Part shown: positions 8,653 through 16,473 of the stretch, one piece after another
How the letters are laid out: every line of letters starts with the position of its first letter
Position numbering within the stretch: position 1 is the stretch's first letter
NCBI GenBank assembly: GCA_018400815.1
Contig: JAGYLS010000032.1
Span: 1-18,494 of the forward strand
Length of the DNA stretch: 18,494 nucleotides
Direction: 5' to 3'
DNA from: Candidatus Oleincola secundus
GTDB taxonomy: Bacteria > Atribacterota > Phoenicimicrobiia > Phoenicimicrobiales > Stramentimicrobiaceae
Translations under genes and position numbers: made by a program
The notes under the pieces: generated by a model
Told to the model about the DNA's origin: nothing
The model's input: only the letters and a program-made list of their open reading frames with translations
The model's database searches: none

Positions 8653-9522
8653 TTATGACGGAGGGGAAAAGCTGCGAATTCTTTTCTCGAGAGGGTGACT
8701 AACGAGAAGTATTTTGTCTATTTTTAATAATTGAACAGGTTGAATAAACCAGTATTCGGGTTCAGGCAATATGGACAATTTCTTATCAATTTTTTTATTA
8801 TATTCATACATTTTTTGCAATACTTCCTGCATAGCTGTTGGGCTGGTTATATGTTTGGCAACCAAATCAGCATTCTGCTGAAAGCGATTAATTAATAAGA
8901 AAGCAAAAATTGAACCTATTTTTTCGGGAATCCTAAAAATTGTACCAACCAACATACATAGATACCCTGATAACCAAGCAAAAAATCTAGAACCTTTCGC
9001 TTCAGTCATATTTGCCAGCCTTAAAAATCCCCGACCTGAAAAAATTAAAATATAGCCTATAGAGTTATAGAGACTTGTAATGCCATACATAAAATACCTT
9101 TTAAAACAGTTTTGGCTTACATGATAGGATAACAGGTGAGCAAATATACATTCAAAATCCTGGTCATTTAAATAGTTATTTTGATAAGCTTCCAGTATTC
9201 CGGTTGTCAATCCAATAGATGGCTTATTTATCACGAAATAAGCAATAGCATTAAGTTGAGCAGTTCTTATTTTGTACATTTTGGGTACATTTTTATACTT
9301 CAGTTGTTTGGCAACTCTTTCTAAAATTAGATATATTTTTTGGTCATTGATAGGTTCAATGCTCCTAAAGAAAATGGGTGCCAGTATAAATGCACTAATT
9401 AGCACTGCAATAAAACCAGTTAATGCAACTTTTATTCCCATAGAAATGCTGACAAAATCATCAATAAACCAATAATGAGTTAGAGTTACAGGGTAGAAAA
9501 GATAACTCATAATAATAAACAA
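8653..9522 (-). CDS. HtpX/M48 peptidase-like membrane protein with degenerate zinc site
   Basis: HtpX-collinear motifs LNAIA, IGLTTGIL, FAHLLSYH (HEXXH position), RFQQNAD, SHPLEKRI. Start uncertain (TTG 9522 or ATG 9510, no clear RBS). Confidence 0.7.
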   Translation of the reverse strand: MFIIMSYLFYPVTLTHYWFIDDFVSISMGIKVALTGFIAVLISAFILAPIFFRSIEPINDQKIYLILERVAKQLKYKNVPKMYKIRTAQLNAIAYFVINKPSIGLTTGILEAYQNNYLNDQDFECIFAHLLSYHVSQNCFKRYFMYGITSLYNSIGYILIFSGRGFLRLANMTEAKGSRFFAWLSGYLCMLVGTIFRIPEKIGSIFAFLLINRFQQNADLVAKHITSPTAMQEVLQKMYEYNKKIDKKLSILPEPEYWFIQPVQLLKIDKILLVSHPLEKRIRSFSPPS

Positions 9523-9553
9523 AAATATAATATAAATCCATTCTAAAATCTTT

Positions 9554-10321
9554 TTAAATAGCAGCTAAAATCCCTCCATCTACATAGACAATTTGCCCAT
9601 TAACAAAATTAGAAGCATGAGAACTTAAAAATATTAATGCTCCCACTAATTCCTCTGGATTTCCCCATCTTTTGGCAGGCGTCCTATTTTTAAGCCAACT
9701 ATCAAACTCTTTATTTTCGCTTAAAGGGCGTGTCATTTCAGTAATAAAATAGCCAGGCCCAATTCCATTGACCTGTATATTGTATTTAGCCCATTCAACT
9801 GTCATCGCTTTAGTTAACATCTTTAAGCCACCCTTTGCAGCTGCATAAGCAGCAATAGTTTCTCTACCCAATTCACTCTGCAGGGAGCATATATTGATTA
9901 TTTTCCCAGACATTCTTTTTATCATCCCTTTTGCTATCTGTTGGCTCACTAAAAATGCACCGGTTAAGTTAGTGTCAATGACTTCCTTCCAAACCACCTC
10001 TTCCAATTCTTCTAATGGTTTTCTCCTTTGTATTCCAGCATTATTAACCAATATATCTATTGAACCAATATATTTTTCCATATGAGAAACTTGTTTAACA
10101 ATTTGTTCTTTCTTGGTAATATCAAAAGATAATCCATTTACATTAAATCCCTCTTTTCTAAGTTTATTAACAGTTTGAATTAACCTCTCTTCATTTTTAC
10201 CATTTAAAATCAATTTCGCACCGGCCTTACCTAGTCCTCGTGCAAGAACCAAACCTAGCCCTCTACTAGATCCAGTTATCAAAGCAGTTTTTCCTTCTAA
10301 ATTAAAAATATTATTGGACAT
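9554..10321 (-). CDS. idnO: Gluconate 5-dehydrogenase (SDR family)
   Basis: TGSSRGLG, NNAGIQRR, SLQSELGR, YAAAKGGLKMLT and NGIGPGYF are characteristic of IdnO/Gno; AGGAG RBS. Confidence 0.85.
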   Translation of the reverse strand: MSNNIFNLEGKTALITGSSRGLGLVLARGLGKAGAKLILNGKNEERLIQTVNKLRKEGFNVNGLSFDITKKEQIVKQVSHMEKYIGSIDILVNNAGIQRRKPLEELEEVVWKEVIDTNLTGAFLVSQQIAKGMIKRMSGKIINICSLQSELGRETIAAYAAAKGGLKMLTKAMTVEWAKYNIQVNGIGPGYFITEMTRPLSENKEFDSWLKNRTPAKRWGNPEELVGALIFLSSHASNFVNGQIVYVDGGILAAI

Positions 10322-10497
10322 GGAATTCTTCTCCTTTTTATCAAACTTGACTACTACTTTTCTTTTTGATTACTCATTAGATACGTTTTTAATTTTTATT
10401 TATATTAATTCCTCGCCTAAAACGTTACTTATATCACTATAAGAAAGTTTTCTACCAAAATTAATTACATTTTAAATCAAATGTAATAATCTAAAAA

Positions 10498-11211
10498 TTA
10501 TACTACTTTTGAGTGATTTCTCCAAAAAGCAAGTTGAACTAATAATATAACAAACCTTAGGGGGTCAAGAATTTGATTGACCTTGCTTTTGGCTTCCGGA
10601 TGATAAATTGTATCAATAGGAACAAAGCCAATTTTAAAACCACATTTAGCTGCTTTGATAATCATTTCTGTGTCAACTTGAAATCTTTTTGAATTAAGGG
10701 TAATTTTTTCTAATACTTCCCTCTTTACAGCCCTATAACCGGATTGACTATCTTCTATTCTAACACCACATATCAGAGATACCAGATAAGACGAAATGGA
10801 ATTAGCCAAAATTCTTATCCCGGGCATTACTTCTGGATCAAATTTCCTTGCTCCTATAACTAGGTCATAACCTTCCTGAATTTTTTTTATGAACAAAGGT
10901 ATCTCTTGAGGATTATGTTGTCCGTCAGCATCAAGCAACACAAATACCCCAGCACTTCCTTCTAATCCCATGTTAAACCCTTTTTTTAAAGAATCTGTTT
11001 TTCCAATATTTTGTTCATTGACAATAGCTGTTACACCCATATTTTTTGCGATATCTACTGTATTGTCCCTGGAACCGTCATCAATGACAATAATTTGATG
11101 AACATAATCTTTACATTTTTGAATGACTTCTCTTATATTCTTTCCTTCATTAAAAGCGGGTATGATAGCAATAATAGTATCTTTATATTCTAGATTTTTT
11201 TTTAGATTCAA
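10498..11211 (-). CDS. GT2 glycosyltransferase (DPM1/polyprenol-phosphate sugar synthase-like)
   Basis: IPAFNE, IDDGSRD, LDADGQH and DSQSGYR motifs. Confidence 0.92.
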   Translation of the reverse strand: MNLKKNLEYKDTIIAIIPAFNEGKNIREVIQKCKDYVHQIIVIDDGSRDNTVDIAKNMGVTAIVNEQNIGKTDSLKKGFNMGLEGSAGVFVLLDADGQHNPQEIPLFIKKIQEGYDLVIGARKFDPEVMPGIRILANSISSYLVSLICGVRIEDSQSGYRAVKREVLEKITLNSKRFQVDTEMIIKAAKCGFKIGFVPIDTIYHPEAKSKVNQILDPLRFVILLVQLAFWRNHSKVV

Positions 11212-11264
11212 TTTATAATTAACTCCATTACCAGCATTCTCACTCTAATTAATTAATGACAATA

Positions 11265-11425
11265 GTGAATACCGCACCCGCATAGCGGGTGGCTTTAAGA
11301 GGCCTCTAAAAGAGGCTTAACTATTTATTAGCCATTTTTTTCTGTTCTTTTCTCTTCAAATCTCTTTAGGACTTCAGGTAAAAAATGTTTCAGTTAGTAT
11401 ATCTTTATCTTTATGGTTAAATAAA
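11265..11425 (-). mobile_element. Non-autonomous IS200-family relic, copy 2 (shorter)
   Basis: 11264-11320 matches 8361-8417 at 51 of 57 positions (counted by hand); shares the block TTTCAGTTAGTATATCT...TCTTTATGGT and the terminal TGGTTAAATAAA. Confidence 0.65.
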
Positions 11426-11478
11426 TTATTCCTATTAATTTTTTAAATAGATTATGTTGGGTAGAATATTTACCAACC

Positions 11479-11772
11479 TTACTCTATAGGAACTAATTTA
11501 TAGAGATTAATCTCTGCATTACCCTCACGGTATTTTGCCAATTCAGGTACGATTCTGGTGAAATGTTCAGATTCATTGTGAAGCTTAATTGTATCTTCGT
11601 CTTTCCATTCCTCGATAAAAGTGCAAACATTTTTATTATTTATATCTTCATAAAGATTATAAGATATGCACCCTTCTTCTTTTCTGCTAGAGACAATTAG
11701 CTCATCCGCTAGCATCTTAAATTTACCTTTCATCCCATTTTTTATGATAGATTTTGCTACAATTGTAATCAC
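11479..11772 (-). CDS. Antibiotic-biosynthesis-monooxygenase (putative quinol monooxygenase) family protein
   Basis: 97 aa; SRKEEGCISYNL, FIEEW, HNESEHF; GTG start with AAGGAG RBS. Confidence 0.9.
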   Translation of the reverse strand: MITIVAKSIIKNGMKGKFKMLADELIVSSRKEEGCISYNLYEDINNKNVCTFIEEWKDEDTIKLHNESEHFTRIVPELAKYREGNAEINLYKLVPIE

Positions 11773-12286
11773 ATTTTCTCCTTTTTTGAAATATTTATAC
11801 CACTTTTTATAATTTTTAAATAAAAACTATTTTGCCAAATCCATTTTTTCAGTTAATATGGCAAATCGAACATCATCAGTTATATTAAATTACTGCAAGC
11901 CATTATTATGGTTAATCACACCTCTGAATAAATTTTCCGGGACATGCTGAACAATTCTACCGTCAAGCAAAGAAATTATTCCTTATTCCCTATCATCTAT
12001 GCACCATGATTTTTATTTTAAGTTTCATAACTCGGAGTTTCTTATAAAATATTTTATTTTTTTATTTCTTTGATAATGATAATATGAACATTTTTTAAAT
12101 TCAAGTAGAAATGCATTCTTCTCATTATCTTTTTTATAATTAGCATTTTTTGAATTTCCTATTAAAAAAATTGGAAAAAGAAACAACATATCAGTTATAA
12201 TTATTTGTAAGCTAAATATCATTTTAGCTACAGAGTTATTTAAATCAAAACAAAATCTTAACAAAGAAAGTAGAGCATTATTATAA

Positions 12287-13123
12287 ATGGATAAAAAGTT
12301 AACAAAAGCTTTGAAAGCATATAAAAATATGGATTTTATTAATAGCGGAGATGCCCGGGTTATCCGTATTCTGGCAGAATTATTAGAACCTATGCAACGT
12401 TTCCGTAAGCATAATATTAATGATACGATTGTCTTTTTCGGTTCAGCTCGTACCAAGTCTCCGGTAGAAGCCAAAAAATATCTGGAACGAGTAAAAGAAC
12501 GCATTATGTCAGCAGATAGTCAGGACAGTGAAGAACTACAAAGCGAGCTGGAATTTGCTCAAAACCAGGTTTTTCTTTCCCGATATTATAATGATGCAGT
12601 AGAACTGGCAAAACGTCTAACCAGTTGGTCTAAGTCCCTGGATTCAAAATCTCCTTTCATTGTTTGTTCGGGAGGTGGATTGGGAATGATGGAAGCCGCA
12701 AACAGAGGTGCCAGAAAAGCAGGCGGAAAATCTATTGGCTTAAATATCAGTATCCCGATGGAACAATATCCTAATCAATACATATCACCGGAATTAAATT
12801 TTGAGTTTCATTATTTCTTTATGCGTAAGTTTTGGTTTGTTTTTCTGGCCAAGGGGCTGGTTATCTTCCCCGGTGGTTTCGGAACACTGGATGAACTATT
12901 TGAAGTACTTACTCTACTTCAAACCAAAAAATTAACCAAACGGCTTCCTATTATTATCTATGGTTCAGAATACTGGAATAAAATTATCGATTTTAATGCA
13001 ATGGTTAAATATGGAACAATATCTAAAAAAGCACTTGATTTATTCAAATTCTGTGACACAGTAGACGAAGCCTTTGCATGTTTAACAGCAGAACTCACAG
13101 AACTATATTTAAATCAGTCATAA
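12287..13123 (+). CDS. LOG-family (TIGR00730-type) nucleotide monophosphate phosphoribohydrolase
   Basis: FGSAR, GGGLGMMEAANRG, FHYFFMRK and PGGFGTLDE motifs. Confidence 0.92.
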   Translation: MDKKLTKALKAYKNMDFINSGDARVIRILAELLEPMQRFRKHNINDTIVFFGSARTKSPVEAKKYLERVKERIMSADSQDSEELQSELEFAQNQVFLSRYYNDAVELAKRLTSWSKSLDSKSPFIVCSGGGLGMMEAANRGARKAGGKSIGLNISIPMEQYPNQYISPELNFEFHYFFMRKFWFVFLAKGLVIFPGGFGTLDELFEVLTLLQTKKLTKRLPIIIYGSEYWNKIIDFNAMVKYGTISKKALDLFKFCDTVDEAFACLTAELTELYLNQS

Positions 13124-13148
13124 TTTTTACTAATTATTAATAAAATTA

Positions 13149-14402
13149 TTATCGAACCGGTGGATCGTATAAAGGTATAAGATATTGTTCTCTTTCCTCT
13201 TTAAAATGTTGCAGAACAGGTTGATAGGAGGCTTCAATCTGTTCTGGACTTGCTCTATCTTCCAGATAATGGCCAATTTTATCGGTACCCATAATCTTGT
13301 CGAACATTACAATGCTATTAGATGTGCTTTTGGGAACATGAAAATCTCCCAACATAAAGGCATATGCCAGAGCGTAGATACCGCTTTTAGCCGGATTAAA
13401 GATATAGGGGTCATAAATTTCCAGTCGTACACCTCCTGCTGTATCGTGTTCTTCCGGAATATAATTAACTCCAGGAAGCCCTGCTGAATTTAGCAATTCA
13501 GCATAACGAATAGAATCCAGGCCTTTTCCGCCAATCCAACGAAACTGGTTTCTCTGAAAAACTCCCGTCCCCTCTCCTAAACCGGTAGCCATATATCCAT
13601 ATAAGGAAGTAATATCAGGGATGTTGGGGGAAGTTTGGACAAAAGGAAGACCCGTATCATCAAAAGACATGTTACGATGATAACCATCCATAACAATAAC
13701 GGTTAAATCAGCCCCTATACTTCGATTATAAAAACCCGCTAACTCTCCGGTGGTCATGCCATGAGCCATGGGAATATTATCTACTCCCATAAAAGATTTA
13801 AATTTATCTTCCATTACCGGTCCTTCTACAATCGTACCCCCTAAAGGATTAGGACGATCCAGGACAATAATTGGTTTATTATATTTTTCCGCCGCTATCA
13901 TACAATACTGTAGAGTAGACATATAAGTGTAGCTACGAGCACCGATATCCTGAATGTCAAAAAGCAGCACTTCTATTTTTAGCAACATCTCCTCAGTAGG
14001 CATCCTGGTACTACCATAAAGACTATAAACAGGAATATCATAATGGGGGTGATTATAGGAATTTACCCGAGCTCCCGCTCTTGCAGTTCCGTCAAGTCCA
14101 TGTTCAGGAGCATAAAGGGCAATAAGTCTTACTCCTTTAGTAGCAAGAAGTTTATCAATAAAACTAACTCCCCTGCTATCTACACCTGTTTGATTGGTAA
14201 TCAATCCCACATTTTTACCGTCAATAAGGTGATAGCAGTCATCAAGCAAAACTTCATTGCCCAGCTTTACCGGTATCTCATTGCTTGTTGAAGTAATAGA
14301 TAATAATTGTACAAATATTATAATACCCAGTAAAAAAATAATATTCTTTATACATTTGTCACTTTTTAAACTTATTCTAAAATTATCAGCACTTTTTTTC
14401 AT
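13149..14402 (-). CDS. namZ: Exo-beta-N-acetylmuramidase NamZ (YbbC/DUF1343) family, exported
   Basis: GLITNQTG, APEHG, FDIQDIGARSYTY, VLDRPNP, SPNIP; N-terminal hydrophobic segment; ATG 14402 preferred over TTG 14435. Confidence 0.85.
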   Translation of the reverse strand: MKKSADNFRISLKSDKCIKNIIFLLGIIIFVQLLSITSTSNEIPVKLGNEVLLDDCYHLIDGKNVGLITNQTGVDSRGVSFIDKLLATKGVRLIALYAPEHGLDGTARAGARVNSYNHPHYDIPVYSLYGSTRMPTEEMLLKIEVLLFDIQDIGARSYTYMSTLQYCMIAAEKYNKPIIVLDRPNPLGGTIVEGPVMEDKFKSFMGVDNIPMAHGMTTGELAGFYNRSIGADLTVIVMDGYHRNMSFDDTGLPFVQTSPNIPDITSLYGYMATGLGEGTGVFQRNQFRWIGGKGLDSIRYAELLNSAGLPGVNYIPEEHDTAGGVRLEIYDPYIFNPAKSGIYALAYAFMLGDFHVPKSTSNSIVMFDKIMGTDKIGHYLEDRASPEQIEASYQPVLQHFKEEREQYLIPLYDPPVR

Positions 14403-14568
14403 GGACAAATTTTTACCTTTCCTTATAAGTACCAATCTCCAGAAGTATGTACTTATTTTATATTTATATTAAAATAATATGCCATAGATTCATTAATATT
14501 GCAAGAACATTTCAATCTGAAAAAAGTATCACTTTTTAATAGTAATTATTACTATGTAATAACTATTC

Positions 14569-14597
14569 TTGACAATCCTTAACTATTTTGGTAATAT
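14569..14597 (+). promoter_or_regulatory. Sigma70-type promoter for the trehalose operon
   Basis: TTGACA (14569-14574), 17-nt spacer, TAATAT (14592-14597) with an extended -10 TG. Confidence 0.55.
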
Positions 14598-14746
14598 TTA
14601 ATAAAAATATTTGACATAACAAATATAATGTTTTAACTTGATGTTAATAACTTACTGATTTCTCTACAAAGGATTGAATAATTATGACAAATAACAGATA
14701 TTTCTTAAGATCAGTAGCTCACTGTTCTGAAGGCTGTTGACTAAGC

Positions 14747-14787
14747 CTGCACTATTCATTTTAAAATGAATAGTGCAGTTGTATTTT
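14747..14787 (+). repeat. Perfect 32-bp palindrome followed by a T-rich tract (terminator/attenuator-like, or an IS-end relic)
   Basis: CTGCACTATTCATTTT|AAAATGAATAGTGCAG (14747-14778), then TTGTATTTT. Confidence 0.75.
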
Positions 14788-14832
14788 AATTGACTTATCA
14801 TTAATTCTATAACGGAAAGACTAGGAGTATTT

Positions 14833-16473
14833 ATGAATAATAATTTTTCTTTTCAATCCGTAATATTTGATCTTGACGGTGTTGTTACCAAAACTGCTAC
14901 AGTCCATGCACATGCCTGGAAAAAAACTTTTGACGAATACCTAAAATTAAGGGAAATAAGAGACAGGGAAACATTTAAAGAATTTACCTACCAGGAAGAT
15001 TATTTAAATTTTGTAGACGGTAAACCCCGTTACATGGGAGTAAAAAATTTTTTAGAATCACGCGGCATTCACCTTCCCTTCGGGAATCCTTTAGACTCTC
15101 CGGATAAAGAGACTATTTGCGGCATTGGAAATAAAAAGAACCAACTGTTTAATGAACTATTACAAGAAGAAGGAGCAGAAGTCTTTTATTCCACTATCAC
15201 ACTTATAAAGAATTTGAAAGAGAACGGAATCAAAATTGGGGTGGCCTCCTCTTCTAAAAATTGTCTGCCAATACTCAAGTCAGTCAACCTAGAACATCTC
15301 TTTGAATCAAGAGTCGATGGTGTAGTATCTGCAAAACTCAACCTTAAGGGGAAACCAGAGGGAGATATATTCGTAACAGCAGCAAAAAAATTAGCTGCCC
15401 TTCCTGAAAATTCAGTAGTGGTTGAAGATGCTTCTTCGGGTGTTGAAGCAGGCAGAAACGGTGGATTCGGCCTGGTATTAGGAGTTGCCAGGGAAAATAA
15501 TTTTGAAGAACTGGCAAAACATGGAGCAGATTTGGTTGTTTCGGATTTAGAAGAAATCGACATTCAAATAATCGAGGACTGGTTTCATAAAAAACCTAAA
15601 CCCTTCTTTCAATGCTTTAATACACTCGAAAAAGCACCGGAGCTATTTCCAAAAGAACATGTGAAAGGCAAAAAAATATTCGTCAACCCTTTCTATAAAC
15701 GCACCGGTAAATCTGTAATTAATACCGATAAAAAACTGGTTTTCTTCCTCGATTATGACGGAACCCTTACTCCTATCGTAGAAAGTCCTGAATTGGCCGT
15801 TATTTCCGAAGAAATGAAACAAACAGTAGAAAAATTAGCCAAAATCCATACAGTGGCTATAGTTAGCGGAAGAATGAGAGAAGATGTTCAAAACCTGGTA
15901 GGCATTAAGGGGATATTCTATGCCGGTAGTCACGGATTTGATATTAAAGGACCAGGCGGCTTTAGTATGATTCATCCGATTGCTAAAAAAACTATTCCAC
16001 TTGTTGCTGAAATCATCGAACAATTGAAAGAAAGATTTCAAAATATCGAAGGTGCACTGGTTGAAGAAAAAAAATTCAGCGTAGCAGCCCATTATCGTAA
16101 AGTAAAAAAACAGGCGGATTTACAATTCATAGAGGAAACCGTTAATAATATAATTAAAAAATATGATGAACTTAAACTATTAAAAGGAAAAAAAGTTTTC
16201 GAAATTCTACCAAATATAGACTGGAATAAAGGAAAAGCTGTAAGATGGATTATGGATGCCCTGGAAATTCCCTGGGAGACAACCTCTGCCTTTTACATCG
16301 GAGATGATACAACAGATGAATATGCTTTTAGAACTATTATTACCAGAGGCACTGCCATCATGGTTACAGACGAACCTTCAAATCCTTCGACAGCTGACTT
16401 CCAACTAAATTCACCAGAAGAGGTAAAAAAATTCTTTGAACAAGTTATTACAATTGCTACTAATAAAGAGTAA
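14833..16473 (+). CDS. otsB: Fusion of a beta-phosphoglucomutase-family HAD domain and trehalose-6-phosphate phosphatase
   Basis: N-domain DLDGVVT, VASSS, GKP, VVEDA; C-domain FLDYDGTL, VSGR, GSHG, HYR, NKG, IGDDTTDE; AGGAG RBS. Confidence 0.9.
   Translation: MNNNFSFQSVIFDLDGVVTKTATVHAHAWKKTFDEYLKLREIRDRETFKEFTYQEDYLNFVDGKPRYMGVKNFLESRGIHLPFGNPLDSPDKETICGIGNKKNQLFNELLQEEGAEVFYSTITLIKNLKENGIKIGVASSSKNCLPILKSVNLEHLFESRVDGVVSAKLNLKGKPEGDIFVTAAKKLAALPENSVVVEDASSGVEAGRNGGFGLVLGVARENNFEELAKHGADLVVSDLEEIDIQIIEDWFHKKPKPFFQCFNTLEKAPELFPKEHVKGKKIFVNPFYKRTGKSVINTDKKLVFFLDYDGTLTPIVESPELAVISEEMKQTVEKLAKIHTVAIVSGRMREDVQNLVGIKGIFYAGSHGFDIKGPGGFSMIHPIAKKTIPLVAEIIEQLKERFQNIEGALVEEKKFSVAAHYRKVKKQADLQFIEETVNNIIKKYDELKLLKGKKVFEILPNIDWNKGKAVRWIMDALEIPWETTSAFYIGDDTTDEYAFRTIITRGTAIMVTDEPSNPSTADFQLNSPEEVKKFFEQVITIATNKE

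Noticed and set aside
9554..10321. Lone idnO as part of a novel sugar-acid pathway
   Set aside because: No transporter, kinase or isomerase gene is adjacent; isolated SDR genes are common.
6896..11193. Plus-strand short ORFs 6896-7147, 7120-7308, 9272-9475, 9894-10085 and 11011-11193
   Set aside because: All are antisense to well-supported genes.
8361..11425. The two repeats as a CRISPR array, a composite transposon or TnpB/IscB guide-RNA loci
   Set aside because: Only two diverged copies 2.9 kb apart with no spacer periodicity; the enclosed genes are unrelated housekeeping types; no cas, tnpB or iscB in the window, and the internal remnants point to tnpA.
11456..11477. Imperfect hairpin after the ABM gene as a terminator
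   Set aside because: Short bulged stem with no convincing U-tract.
12025..12504. 159-aa minus-strand ORF
   Set aside because: Antisense to the LOG gene, then extends into low-complexity AT-rich spacer.
14600..14830. A known riboswitch class in the otsB leader
   Set aside because: I could not recognise the conserved motifs of any known riboswitch; an Rfam scan would be needed.
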